From an uncultured bacterium (GTDB taxonomy: Bacteria > Acidobacteriota > Thermoanaerobaculia > Multivoradales > JAHZIX01), in NCBI GenBank assembly GCA_965368975.1, contig CBDUPA010000008.1, positions 32,001 through 96,000 on the forward strand: a DNA stretch of 64,000 nucleotides, read 5' to 3'. Positions 22,897 to 32,988 of this stretch are shown piece after piece. Each line of letters starts with the position of its first letter. Positions within the stretch are counted from its first letter, which is position 1. The notes under the pieces were generated by a model. That model was not told the origin of the DNA. It saw nothing but the letters and a program-made list of their open reading frames with translations, and did no database searches. Position numbers and translations under genes: made by a program.

Positions 22897-23098
22897 ACGA
22901 GTACCTCCCTTGAGGGTGAAGCTAGGGGCAGCGGTAAATCATAGAATTTGGATGACTCGGAATCGTGTGCTGGCAACGCGAAGTTCGCATTTTTGTCGTC
23001 AGCTGGCGGCGACGGTGACAGGATTTGCCAGCGGTCACCGCATTTGCTGACGAAAGAGCTCGTTGACAGTGAACTCGACCCAGCACAATTCTTGTTTA

Positions 23099-23114
23099 TG
23101 CAAATACTGCGCCA
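23099..23114 (-). promoter_or_regulatory. sigma54 (-24/-12) promoter of the pilus operon
   Basis: Minus strand TGGCGCAGTATTTGCA, correct GG-N10-GC spacing. Confidence 0.75.
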
Positions 23115-23146
23115 TTATCTGGCGTTCCTGCGCAGGGGCCTGCGGA

Positions 23147-23461
23147 TCAGCAGGAGATTCCCCAGCGGGGATGGTCGAGCACGAAGCCTTCGTCGTCGTC
23201 GAAGTCGAGCACCGCTCCCTCCAACTCGCGCACGGCGAGGCGGTCCAGGTGCACGTGCACACCTTCGACCACGACCTGGACGTCGTCCTCGTTCCCGCGT
23301 CGGCTGGCGCTGAGGCGAAAGCCCATCGCGCCGCAGCCGCCGGCGAAGGCGATGCGTAGGAACTCGTCGTCTCGCAGGTCGCGCTGGGCAGCGTCGCGGG
23401 CGGCGGGTGTGAGGCTCAGCTTCGGGGTGACGCCGGGTTCTGGCGTGAGGTTAGGCTCCAT
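23147..23461 (-). CDS. HesB/IscA-like A-type Fe-S carrier family protein
   Basis: LSLTPAA, LRI...GGCG, LEGAVLDF, C-terminal Cys. Confidence 0.75.
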   Translation of the reverse strand: MEPNLTPEPGVTPKLSLTPAARDAAQRDLRDDEFLRIAFAGGCGAMGFRLSASRRGNEDDVQVVVEGVHVHLDRLAVRELEGAVLDFDDDEGFVLDHPRWGISC

Positions 23462-23528
23462 GGTTCTGATAGCATAATCCAGTGAGACCTGCCGAGGACA
23501 AGAACCCCCTAGTAAGGAACTTCCAAGC

Positions 23529-25412
23529 ATGAGCACAGCAACCGAGCCGGAGGCGGCCGCGGCCACCGGTGACGCAGTCTTAGAGACCCGCGACGACGTC
23601 GTGATCCGCTTCGCCGGTGACTCCGGTGATGGCATGCAGCTGACCGGCGGCCAATTCACCAACACGTCTGCATTCCTGGGTAACGATCTGTCGACGCTGC
23701 CGGACTTTCCGGCCGAGATCCGCGCGCCCGCGGGAACGCTGCCCGGCGTTTCTGCCTTTCAGGTTCGTATCGCCGACTACGACATCCACACCCCCGGTGA
23801 CGCGCCGGACGTCCTGATCGCGATGAACCCGGCCGCGCTCAAGGTCAATATCAAGGATTTGCGCACCAACGGTGTCCTGATCGCCAATACCGACGAGTTC
23901 AACAGCCGCAACTTCAAGAAAGCGGCGATCGAGGTCAACCCGCTCGAGGACGGGAGTCTCGAGGGCTACCAGGTCTACCAGGTGCCGTTGACTACCCTGA
24001 CGCGCGAAGCGTTGGCCGACACGGAACTCGACACGCGGAGCAAGGATCGCTGCAAGAACTTCTTTGCCCTCGGCATGGTCTACTGGCTCTTCAGCCGTCC
24101 GCTGGACACGACGCTCGAATGGCTCCACAAGAAGTTCTCCAAGAAGCCGCATCTGGCTGAGGCCAACGCGTGCGTGCTCAAGGCGGGGTGGAATTACTGC
24201 GACATCCAGAGCTTGTTCCAGGTCCGCTACCAGGTTCAGCCGGCGCGGCTGGAGCCGGGGACGTACCGCAACATCAACGGTTCGAAGGCGCTGGCGCTGG
24301 GTCTGGTCGCGGCCAGTCAGCAGAGTGGTCTGCCGCTCTTCTTGGGGGCGTATCCGATCACGCCGGCCAGCGAGCTCCTGCACGAGCTGGCAGCCATGAA
24401 GCGCTTTGGCGTCACCACCGTGCAGGCCGAAGACGAGATCGCCGCCGTCTGTGCCGCCATTGGCGCGGCCTTCGGCGGAACGCTGGCGGTGACGGTGTCG
24501 AGTGGCCCCGGTATCGCGCTCAAGGCCGAGGCGATCAATCTGGCGATGATGGTCGAGCTACCGCTGGTGATCTGCGACGTCCAGCGTGCCGGCCCGTCGA
24601 CCGGTATGCCGACCAAGACCGAGCAGAGTGACCTGCTGCAGGTGTTGTTCGGCCGCAACGGTGAGTCGCCACTGCCGGTGTTGGCCGCGTCGTCGCCCAA
24701 GGACAGTTTCGCAACCGCGGTGGAAGCTTGTCGCGTGGCACTCGAACACATGGTACCGGTGGTGATCTTGTCGGATGGGTATATTGCCAATGGTGCCGAA
24801 CCTTGGCGGCTGCCCGATCTGGACTCGCTGCCCGACTTGACGCCGCAATTCCGCACCGATCCGGAAGGCTTCCAGCCCTACGCTCGCGATCCCAAGACGC
24901 TGGCTCGACCATGGGTGCGTCCCGGAACACCGGGCCTGGAACACCGTGTCGGTGGCCTGGAGAAGGCAGACCTGACCGGCAACGTCTCCTATGACCCGGC
25001 CAACCACCAGCGTATGACCGACCTGCGCGCCGCCAAGGTCGAACGGGTGGCCGACGGTCTGCCGCCGCTGGAGGTCCACGGCGACGCCGAGGGCGATCTA
25101 CTGGTCCTGGGCTGGGGCTCGACCGCGGGTGCCATCACCGGCGCGGTCAACCGTGCGCGCGAGGAGGGGCACAAGGTCAGCCGCGTACATCTGCGCTACC
25201 TCAACCCGCTGCCGCGCGACTTGGGCGACGTGCTGAAGCGCTTCCGCAAGATCCTGCTGCCCGAGATCAACAGTGGTCAATTGGCGATGCTGCTGCGCGC
25301 CCGCTACCTGCTCGACATCCAGTCGTTCTCCAAGGTACAGGGCAAGCCGTTCACCCGCCAGGAGATCTACGACAAGATTCTGCACACGCTGGAGGCTGCC
25401 CGTGTCCACTGA
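23529..25412 (+). CDS. korA: 2-oxoacid:ferredoxin oxidoreductase alpha subunit
   Basis: IRFAGDSGDGMQLTG, YPITPAS, QAEDEIAA, QRAGPSTGMPTK. Confidence 0.95.
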   Translation: MSTATEPEAAAATGDAVLETRDDVVIRFAGDSGDGMQLTGGQFTNTSAFLGNDLSTLPDFPAEIRAPAGTLPGVSAFQVRIADYDIHTPGDAPDVLIAMNPAALKVNIKDLRTNGVLIANTDEFNSRNFKKAAIEVNPLEDGSLEGYQVYQVPLTTLTREALADTELDTRSKDRCKNFFALGMVYWLFSRPLDTTLEWLHKKFSKKPHLAEANACVLKAGWNYCDIQSLFQVRYQVQPARLEPGTYRNINGSKALALGLVAASQQSGLPLFLGAYPITPASELLHELAAMKRFGVTTVQAEDEIAAVCAAIGAAFGGTLAVTVSSGPGIALKAEAINLAMMVELPLVICDVQRAGPSTGMPTKTEQSDLLQVLFGRNGESPLPVLAASSPKDSFATAVEACRVALEHMVPVVILSDGYIANGAEPWRLPDLDSLPDLTPQFRTDPEGFQPYARDPKTLARPWVRPGTPGLEHRVGGLEKADLTGNVSYDPANHQRMTDLRAAKVERVADGLPPLEVHGDAEGDLLVLGWGSTAGAITGAVNRAREEGHKVSRVHLRYLNPLPRDLGDVLKRFRKILLPEINSGQLAMLLRARYLLDIQSFSKVQGKPFTRQEIYDKILHTLEAARVH

Positions 25413-26448
25413 CGTCCGCGAACGCGAAACCCAGAAGCTGACCGCCAAAGACTTTGCCTCCGATCAGGATGTGCGCTGGTGCCCCGGCTGCGGTGACTAC
25501 GCGATCCTCAAAGCTGTGCAGTCGGTTCTGCCGGAGCTGGGGATCCCCAAGGAGCAGTTCGTCGTGGTGTCCGGCATCGGTTGCTCCAGCCGCTTTCCGT
25601 ACTACATGGACACCTACGGTTTCCACTCGATCCACGGCCGTGCACCGGCGTTGGCCACCGGCCTCAAGGTGGCGCGACCGGAGCTGGAAGTGTGGGTGGT
25701 GACCGGAGACGGTGATGCCATGTCGATTGGCGGCAACCACTTCGTACACGTGCTGCGGCGCAACGTCGGCGTCAAGGTGCTGATGTTCAACAACCGTATC
25801 TACGGTCTCACCAAGGGCCAGTACTCGCCGACCTCCGAGGTCGGCAAGCGGACCAAGTCGACGCCGCTCGGCTCGGTCGACAACCCGTTCAACCCTTTGT
25901 CGCTGGCACTCGGGGCCGGCGCTACCTTCGTGGCGCGTGCGGTCGACATCTTCCAGCCGCACTTGAAGGAAGTTCTGCGTCGGGCAGCCGCTCACAAGGG
26001 GACGGCGTTCGTCGAGATCTACCAGAACTGCAACATCTTCAACGACGGCACTTTTTCTTACATGACCGATAAGGAGAAGCGCCAGCAGCAGGTGCTGTAC
26101 CTGGAGCATGGTGAGCCGTTGTTGTTCGGCAACGACAAGGACCAGGGGCTGCGTCTCGAGGGTGTCGACTTCGAGGCCGTGCAGCTGGGGAACGGCGTGT
26201 CGGCCGAGGACTGTCAAGTGTGGGACGAGCATGCCGAGAGCCCGGGCCTCGCCTTCGCGCTGGCTCAGGCGGGCACGCAGACAGGGGCTCCGCACTTGCC
26301 GACGCCGATCGGTGTCTTCCGCGACGTCAGTCATCCGACCTACGAAGATGGCGTCAAAGCCCAGGTCGACTTCGCGCTGGCCCAGCAAGGTGCTGGCAAC
26401 CTGCACGACCTGATCTACGGCGGCGAGACCTGGACTGTCGGGGACTGA
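25402..26448 (+). CDS. korB: 2-oxoacid:ferredoxin oxidoreductase beta subunit
   Basis: WCPGCGD, SGIGCS, GDGD (TPP), NNRIYGLTKGQ; GTG start with GGAGG RBS overlapping korA. Confidence 0.95.
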   Translation: MSTDVRERETQKLTAKDFASDQDVRWCPGCGDYAILKAVQSVLPELGIPKEQFVVVSGIGCSSRFPYYMDTYGFHSIHGRAPALATGLKVARPELEVWVVTGDGDAMSIGGNHFVHVLRRNVGVKVLMFNNRIYGLTKGQYSPTSEVGKRTKSTPLGSVDNPFNPLSLALGAGATFVARAVDIFQPHLKEVLRRAAAHKGTAFVEIYQNCNIFNDGTFSYMTDKEKRQQQVLYLEHGEPLLFGNDKDQGLRLEGVDFEAVQLGNGVSAEDCQVWDEHAESPGLAFALAQAGTQTGAPHLPTPIGVFRDVSHPTYEDGVKAQVDFALAQQGAGNLHDLIYGGETWTVGD

Positions 26449-26450
26449 AG

Positions 26451-26540
26451 CTCGATGCCGGGTACTCGATGCCGGGTACTCGATGCCGGGTACTCGATGA
26501 CCGGTACTCGATGATGCGTACTCGATGACGGGCGCTCGAC
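26451..26540. repeat. 14-bp tandem repeat x~6, degenerating
   Basis: CTCGATGCCGGGTA x3 then CTCGATGACCGGTA, CTCGATGATGCGTA, CTCGATGACGGGCG. Confidence 0.85.
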
Positions 26541-26620
26541 AGCTTGTTCTCGGCGGCTGACCTCGGCCCCACACCGTGGGGTGCTCCTAAACTCAGTTTC
26601 CTGTTGTGAGGAGGGTTCCC

Positions 26621-28771
26621 ATGCACCGTCTCTACGGACTCGTCCCGACCGTTCTGATGCTCGTTGCCTTGCTTGCCGCCGCGCCGGCCATCGCCGAGGA
26701 GGCCGGCGAGCAGTACAACGTGCTGACGCCCGCCCACGTGGCGCAGATCCGCACCGTCGATGATGTTTTCGTGGCGCCGGACGGCAGTTCGGTGGCGTAC
26801 TCTCTGAACGTACCGCGACGCCTGTTCGAGGAGTCGGACGGTTCGTCTTGGCGCGAGCTGCACTGGTTCGATGCTGAGGGGGTCCATCGGCCGCTGATCA
26901 CCGGCCAGGTAAAGGTCTCGTCCGTGGCCTGGGCGCCGGACGCTCGCAGTCTCACTTTCCTCGACCAACGCGGCGACGACGAGCACAATTGTCTCTATCG
27001 CCTGCCCCTCGGTGATGGGGCAGGGGAGGCACAGCGCTTGTTGTGCCACAGCAGCAGCATCGGCGAGTATGACCTGCATCCCGACGGCCGTATCGCCTTC
27101 GTCGCCACGGAGGCCAAGACGCCGCAGCAGAAGCGGCTGGAGAAAGCCGGGTTCACGCAGGAGGTCTTCGAAGAGGATGCCCGCTTCGATCATCTCTGGG
27201 TCGCGACGCCCAGGCCGGTTTCCCCTGACGGCGGCGACGGCTACGCGGTGAGGCGTATCGACGTGCCCGCGGGCCATGTTTCCGACATCGCCTGGAGCCC
27301 GGTCGACAACCGCTTGGTACTAGCACTCGCCCCGACGCCGCTGGTCGACGACGAATTGATGCAGCGGCGGGTGCACGTCATCGATAGCGATTCCGGCGAG
27401 GTACTGGTCCGCGTGGCCAATCCGGGCAAGCTCAAGCACGTCAGTTTCGCTCCCGACGGTCGTCACGTGGCGATGATCTCAGCGGTCGATATCAGCGATC
27501 CGCGCGAGAGTCGCTTGATGGTCGCCGCCGTTGGGGCTGCTGCAGGGCAGACGGGGACCGACGGCGTGCTCCTGGACGTGACGCCGAAGGTCGAGACCAA
27601 GGTTACCGACTACGCATGGACCGGTGGCGATTCCTTGGTCCTGCTCGGCGACGAGGGTGTCCACACCCGCGTCTACCGGGTTGCGGTCGACGGTTCGAGA
27701 CATCAGCAGCTGAGTGGTGGTCGGGCCTCGTGGAGCGACATCGCCGCCTCCGCCGATGGTCGTCTGATCGGGCTGGTCGGGGATACGCCCACGCATCCCG
27801 CAGAGTTGTTCACGCTCAGCGGCAGCGGTGGAGAGGCTGCCCCCGAGCGCTTGACCGAGAGCAATCCCTGGCTCGCCGACCAGCGTCTGGCGCCCCAGGA
27901 GATCGTCACCTGGACGGCCCGTGACGGTCTCCAGCTCGAGGGCGTGCTGGTGCGGCCGCTGAACGAGATTCCCGGCCAACGCTATCCGGTCATCATGACC
28001 ATTCACGGTGGCCCCGAGGCCCACATCCGCGACGGCTGGCTCACCACCTACTCGCGCCTCGGCCAGGTCGCCGCGGCACGTGGCTTCGCCGTCTTCCATC
28101 CCAACTACCGCGGCAGCACTGGCCGCGGCGTCGAGTTCCACAAGCTCGGTCACAAGGATTTCGCCGGCAAGGAGTTCGACGACATCGTCGACGCCATCGA
28201 CCACCTGGTCGACATCGGTCTAGCCGACGCGAACCGCATTGGCATCACGGGCGGTTCGTATGGCGGCTACGCAAGCGCCTGGGGGGCCACCTACTACAGC
28301 GAGCGCTTCGCCGCGTCGGTGATGATGGTGGGCATCTCGGATCTCGTCTCGGCCCTTGGGACTACCGATATCCCGAACGAAGACCAGCTGGTACACAAGA
28401 TCGTGTGGCCGTGGCAAGACTGGGATCTCTACCGCGAACGTAGCCCGCTGACCTACGTCGAGAAGGCGCGTACGCCGATCCTGATCCTCGGTGGCACCAG
28501 CGATCCGCGCGTCAACCCGACGCAGAGCCAGGAGCTGTATCGCTACCTGGAACTGATCGGCCAGACCCCGGTGCGCTACGTCCGGTACTCCGGCGAACCC
28601 CACGGCAACCGCCGCGCGGCGTCGCGCTTCGACTACAACCTGCGCGCGCTACGCTGGTTCGAGCACTATCTGCTCGGCGCCGGTCTCGAAGCCCACCAGC
28701 GCGGCGACGATCTTCGTTCGCGAGACCTGCCGCCGTACGGGTTGGATTACGAAGCGGCGCTGGGACGCTGA
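26621..28771 (+). CDS. Secreted S9 family (prolyl oligopeptidase/acylaminoacyl) peptidase
   Basis: Signal peptide, beta-propeller, IHGGP, PNYRGSTG.G, GGSYGG, DPRV, EPHG triad. Confidence 0.93.
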   Translation: MHRLYGLVPTVLMLVALLAAAPAIAEEAGEQYNVLTPAHVAQIRTVDDVFVAPDGSSVAYSLNVPRRLFEESDGSSWRELHWFDAEGVHRPLITGQVKVSSVAWAPDARSLTFLDQRGDDEHNCLYRLPLGDGAGEAQRLLCHSSSIGEYDLHPDGRIAFVATEAKTPQQKRLEKAGFTQEVFEEDARFDHLWVATPRPVSPDGGDGYAVRRIDVPAGHVSDIAWSPVDNRLVLALAPTPLVDDELMQRRVHVIDSDSGEVLVRVANPGKLKHVSFAPDGRHVAMISAVDISDPRESRLMVAAVGAAAGQTGTDGVLLDVTPKVETKVTDYAWTGGDSLVLLGDEGVHTRVYRVAVDGSRHQQLSGGRASWSDIAASADGRLIGLVGDTPTHPAELFTLSGSGGEAAPERLTESNPWLADQRLAPQEIVTWTARDGLQLEGVLVRPLNEIPGQRYPVIMTIHGGPEAHIRDGWLTTYSRLGQVAAARGFAVFHPNYRGSTGRGVEFHKLGHKDFAGKEFDDIVDAIDHLVDIGLADANRIGITGGSYGGYASAWGATYYSERFAASVMMVGISDLVSALGTTDIPNEDQLVHKIVWPWQDWDLYRERSPLTYVEKARTPILILGGTSDPRVNPTQSQELYRYLELIGQTPVRYVRYSGEPHGNRRAASRFDYNLRALRWFEHYLLGAGLEAHQRGDDLRSRDLPPYGLDYEAALGR

Positions 28772-28794
28772 AGTAGCAACGGCGGGTTTTCTGG

Positions 28795-28886
28795 GTAGGG
28801 GCGACCCCATGTGGTCGCCCTGCGGCACCAGCCGCATCTGGATTTCCCGGCCCCCGCCCAGGGCACCCACATGGGGGTGCCCCTAC
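28795..28886. repeat. GTAG-family REP doublet (REPIN-like)
   Basis: GTAGGGGCGACCCCATGTGGTCGCCC and inverted GTAGGGGCACCCCCATGTGGGTGCCC, 40 bp apart, between convergent genes. Confidence 0.8.
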
Positions 28887-28903
28887 CCGAAGGGGGGATG
28901 CTC

Positions 28904-30730
28904 TCACTCTCCCGCGCTGCCGCGCAACTCCTGCTTCGGTGCGTCGATCTGCACCGGCGCTGGGATGGTGTCGCCGATCGTGCCATCTACGATCTTACCG
29001 ACCTCGCCGCGCGCCAGCTCTTCCCAGTGCGCCACCAGTTCGTGCAGGGTGCCGTCCTGGGTCAAGCGGGCGTCGGCAGCCGCGTGTTCTTCTTTGAACA
29101 GGTGGACCGTCTGGGTCGGGAAGGCGAACTCGACGCCGAGGCGGTGTGCCAGGCGCAGGATATCGACGGCCAGGCGGTGGCGTTCGCGCAGTTCGGTGGC
29201 CCAGTCCGGGGTCTTGAAGAACATGTACAGCAGCACTGACAGCGACGAGGCATCGAAGCTGTTGAGGTAGACGTGGAAGACATCCTTGCGCGTGTAGGGA
29301 TGACGGCGGATCAACTCGCGCACGCCTTCGCAGAAGGCTTCGACCTTCTCCGGCGGCGTGTTGTAGGTGATGGTCAGCTTGGTGCTCCAGCGCCGGTACT
29401 CGCGGGCGCCGTAGTTGTCGACCGCGGTTTCGATCAGGTTGGCGTTGGGCAGCGTGATCAGGGAGTTGTAGAAGGTGCGCACGCGGGTCGAGCGCATGCC
29501 GACTTCTTCGACCGTGCCCTCGACGCCGCCGATTTCCACCCAATCGCCGACCGCGAACGGGCGGTCGAGCAGCACGGTGATCGAGCCGAAGAGGTTGCGC
29601 ACGGTGTCCTGCGCGGCCAGGGCGAAGGCCAGGCCGCCGAGGCCGAGGCCTGCGAGCAGTGAGCCGATCTGGGCACCCATCTGCTGCAGCACGAAGAGCA
29701 AGCCGAAGGCCATGACGATCAGCTTGGCTGATTTGCGAAACAGCGGCACCAGCAGGTCGTCGAGCTTGGACGCCGTGGTCGTGGCACGGCTCTCGAAGAC
29801 GGCGCCGGCGACGTCGACGAGGCGATAGAGCAGCCATACCAGGGCGGCGGCGATGGCGGGCGTCACCAGCCAGTTGATCGGGTTGAGAACCCACAGCGGC
29901 AGGCTGAGCAGGCGTACGCCAAAGTACCAGACCAGCGTCATGGCGACGACGCCCAGCGGGCGAGTGACGCCGTGGAAGCGCTCCACCGCCTGCCAGCGGC
30001 GACGCAGGTAGCTGAGCAGGACGCGGTCGGCGGCCCAGGTCACCAGGCGTTCGAGCAGCACACCGAGGACGGCCAGCAGGAGCAGACCGATCCACTGCCA
30101 GTGCTCGAGCAGGAAGACGCGTTGCTGCAGGGGCTCGGGCATCTGCTCGCGCAGCCACAGCGGCAGCGTGCGGGGCGCCTCGGTGACGCCTTCCACCAGT
30201 TCTTGCATCTCGGTTGCCTGCCACAGCTCGGGGATGGCTGCCACCGTCGCCGGGCTGAACAGCCACTCGCCCTGGTCGTTGGGGGCAATGACGATACTGC
30301 CCTCGGCTTGATCGAGGAAGACGAAGGGGTCACCTTGGGCGTCGTCCGAGATCTCTTCGAACACGACGTACACCGTGCGGTCGATGATGTCCTTGAGCTG
30401 CGTCGCCAGATTGCCACCTTCGGTGCCGGCCAGCGATGGCGGTAGCTCGCTCAAGTCGAGGCAGGCGGTGGCCTCGTCGAGTTGGACGCCGCCTTCGATA
30501 GCCGGGTCGAAGGCCTCCAGGAAGGTGCGCATGGTGGCTCGCGCGGAACGGTGTGCATCGGGTACCGACGGTGCCGGCGCCGCGGTGGTCTCCGTGTCGG
30601 TCGCGGTACCGGCCGCATCGCCGGATACCGGGGCCTGTTGGGCGCCGAGCGGGGTCGGCAGGCCGCACAGCAGCGGCAGGAGCGCGAGGACGAGGAGCAG
30701 AGCGAGGTGGGAGTGGGGACGGAGCTTCAA
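28904..30730 (-). CDS. MscS-family mechanosensitive channel with periplasmic N-terminal domain
   Basis: GLGLGGLAFALAAQDT..N, DRPF.VGDW, GTVEEVGMRSTR, FAFPT; TTG start after GGAGG. Confidence 0.93.
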   Translation of the reverse strand: MKLRPHSHLALLLVLALLPLLCGLPTPLGAQQAPVSGDAAGTATDTETTAAPAPSVPDAHRSARATMRTFLEAFDPAIEGGVQLDEATACLDLSELPPSLAGTEGGNLATQLKDIIDRTVYVVFEEISDDAQGDPFVFLDQAEGSIVIAPNDQGEWLFSPATVAAIPELWQATEMQELVEGVTEAPRTLPLWLREQMPEPLQQRVFLLEHWQWIGLLLLAVLGVLLERLVTWAADRVLLSYLRRRWQAVERFHGVTRPLGVVAMTLVWYFGVRLLSLPLWVLNPINWLVTPAIAAALVWLLYRLVDVAGAVFESRATTTASKLDDLLVPLFRKSAKLIVMAFGLLFVLQQMGAQIGSLLAGLGLGGLAFALAAQDTVRNLFGSITVLLDRPFAVGDWVEIGGVEGTVEEVGMRSTRVRTFYNSLITLPNANLIETAVDNYGAREYRRWSTKLTITYNTPPEKVEAFCEGVRELIRRHPYTRKDVFHVYLNSFDASSLSVLLYMFFKTPDWATELRERHRLAVDILRLAHRLGVEFAFPTQTVHLFKEEHAAADARLTQDGTLHELVAHWEELARGEVGKIVDGTIGDTIPAPVQIDAPKQELRGSAGE

Positions 30731-30984
30731 GGATATTCCTCCTTCGGACCGGATGAGCGAGTTGCAGTGCGTGAGCGATGGGTACCACAGGCCTCCTGGC
30801 GTGTCAAAGCAGGTGGCTGTCTGCACGGGGGTTCTCAGGTTCTCGGCGTCCGTCAGAGGACGGCCCGGATGGCGTTGCCAGGCTACTCGAGGCAAGTTTG
30901 CCTGACGGCGGGCTCCGGGGTAGAGTTCCGCCACCCCAGGTGTCCAGCCCTATCGCGGATCTTTCGAGACGAGGAGGAGAGAGC

Positions 30985-32985
30985 ATGAGCGACGAGAAAC
31001 GCGGCCTGAGCCGCCAGGCTTACGAACCGCTGAAGGAGGGCGAGACCTACCAGCCCTATGTGCCGGCGAGCCAGGAGCTGCCGGAGTTCAGCGTCAAGGC
31101 GGTAGTCGCGGGCATCGTGTTCGGCGTCCTCTTCGGTGCCGCGAACGCGTATCTGGGACTCAAGGCTGGTCTCACCATCTCGACGTCGATTCCGGTCGCG
31201 GTCATGACCATCGCCGCCTTCCGGGCTCTGGCCGCCATGGGGGGACGGACGAGCTTGCTGGAGGCCAACCAGGCGCAGACCATCGGCTCGGCTTCCAGCT
31301 CGGTGGCCAGCGGTGTCATCTTCACCCTGCCGGCACTCTTCCTCTGGGGTCTCGATCCGTCTCTGCTGCAGATGACGCTCCTGGCCATGTGCGGCGGCCT
31401 GATCGGCGTGCTCTTCATGGTGCCGCTGCGCCGCTTCCTGATCGACCGTGAGCACGGCAAGCTGCCATATCCCGAGGGCACGGCTTGTGCCGAGGTGCTG
31501 GTGGCCAGCGAAGCGGGCGGCGCGCGCGCCCAGAACGTGTTCTGGGGGCTGGGGCTCGGGGCCCTGGTCAAGTTGCTGCTCGGCGGCCTCAAGCTGCTGC
31601 CCGAGACGGTCAAGTTCGCGGTTCCGGGCATCTACAAGGCTGAGTTGGGACTCAAGGCGTCACCGGCGCTGTTCGGCGTCGGCTTCATCCTTGGTCCGTA
31701 CATTGCCACCATCATGGTCGGTGGCGGCCTGCTGGCGTCGCTGGTGATCATCCCGCTGATCGCCTGGTGGGGCGGCGATTTCGCCGTGCCGTTCTATCCG
31801 GAGACCGAGAAGCTGATCAGCGTCATGGCGCCCGGCGAGCTGTGGAACCGATATGTGCGCTATGTCGGTGCGGGTGCGGTGGCCACGGCAGGCATCATCA
31901 CCTTGGTGCGGAGCTTCCCGACCATGCTTGAAAGCTTCCGCATCGGCACCGAACAACTGCGCTCGCGCATGGGTGGTGGCAGTGGCGAGGCCTCGCCACG
32001 CACAGCCCGAGATTTGCCGCTCGGCTTCATCGGAGCTGGCCTCGGCGTACTGATCCTGGTGATGGCGCTGGTACCGGCGGTGTTTGGCAATGTTGGTGGC
32101 CTGGGCATTCGGGTCGTGGCGGCGGTGCTGGTGACGGTCTGTGCCTTCTTCTTCGTCACCGTGTCGTCGCGCATCGTCGGTCTGGTCGGTGTGACGTCTA
32201 ACCCGACGTCCGGCATGACCATCGCCTCGCTGCTGGCTACCGCGATGATCTTCCGCATCTTCGGCTGGACCGACATGAGCGGCATGGCGGCGGCGCTGAC
32301 GGTCGGCTGTGTGGTAGCGATCGCGGCCTCGATCGCGGGCGATACGTCGCAGGACTTGAAGACGGGTTTCCTGCTGGGTGCGACACCGCGGCGGCAGCAG
32401 CTCGGCGAGCTGATCGGCGTGCTGACCAGTGCAGCTTTCGTTTGCCTGACGGTGATCCTGCTCGCCCGTACCTATGGCTTCGGTACCGACGACCTACCGG
32501 CGCCGCAAGCGACGCTGATGAAGCTGGTGATCGAGGGCGTCCTCGAGAGTTCGCTGCCGTGGGGGCTGGTCGCTATCGGTGCCGGCATCGCGGTGGTTGC
32601 CGAGCTGGCGCGCATTCCCAGCCTGCCGTTCGCGGTCGGCGTCTACCTGCCAGTGTCGACCATGGTGCCGGTCTTTCTCGGTGGTCTGCTGCGCTGGTCG
32701 ATGGAGCGACGCTCGGCCAACGACGAAGAGCGCGAGGAACGCAGGGAACAAGGCGTACTGCTGGGTTCCGGCCTGGTAGGCGGCGAGGGGCTGCTGGGTG
32801 TTGGCGTTGCGGCCTGGGCGTTGGCGCAAGGGGCGGCCCCGCAGGGCTTCGGCTCGGCCTGGGCCGGTGCCGCGGCACCTTGGCTGTCGGTCCTCGTGCT
32901 GGCTCTATTGGGCTGGGGCTTCCTCCGCTTGTGCCGAGCCTCTGGCCGGGCTGTTCGTAAGGCTGGCGACGGAGGAACAGAGTAA
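30985..32985 (+). CDS. OPT family oligopeptide transporter
   Basis: NAYLGLKAG, YPEGTACAEVL, SNPTSGMTI, QDLKTG, APQATLM; strong RBS. Confidence 0.95.
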   Translation: MSDEKRGLSRQAYEPLKEGETYQPYVPASQELPEFSVKAVVAGIVFGVLFGAANAYLGLKAGLTISTSIPVAVMTIAAFRALAAMGGRTSLLEANQAQTIGSASSSVASGVIFTLPALFLWGLDPSLLQMTLLAMCGGLIGVLFMVPLRRFLIDREHGKLPYPEGTACAEVLVASEAGGARAQNVFWGLGLGALVKLLLGGLKLLPETVKFAVPGIYKAELGLKASPALFGVGFILGPYIATIMVGGGLLASLVIIPLIAWWGGDFAVPFYPETEKLISVMAPGELWNRYVRYVGAGAVATAGIITLVRSFPTMLESFRIGTEQLRSRMGGGSGEASPRTARDLPLGFIGAGLGVLILVMALVPAVFGNVGGLGIRVVAAVLVTVCAFFFVTVSSRIVGLVGVTSNPTSGMTIASLLATAMIFRIFGWTDMSGMAAALTVGCVVAIAASIAGDTSQDLKTGFLLGATPRRQQLGELIGVLTSAAFVCLTVILLARTYGFGTDDLPAPQATLMKLVIEGVLESSLPWGLVAIGAGIAVVAELARIPSLPFAVGVYLPVSTMVPVFLGGLLRWSMERRSANDEEREERREQGVLLGSGLVGGEGLLGVGVAAWALAQGAAPQGFGSAWAGAAAPWLSVLVLALLGWGFLRLCRASGRAVRKAGDGGTE

Positions 32986-32988
32986 CTG

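Noticed and set aside
26451-26540. Possible CRISPR array in tandem repeats (also 34096-34163)
   Set aside because: Units are head-to-tail with no spacers, too short, and there are no cas genes.
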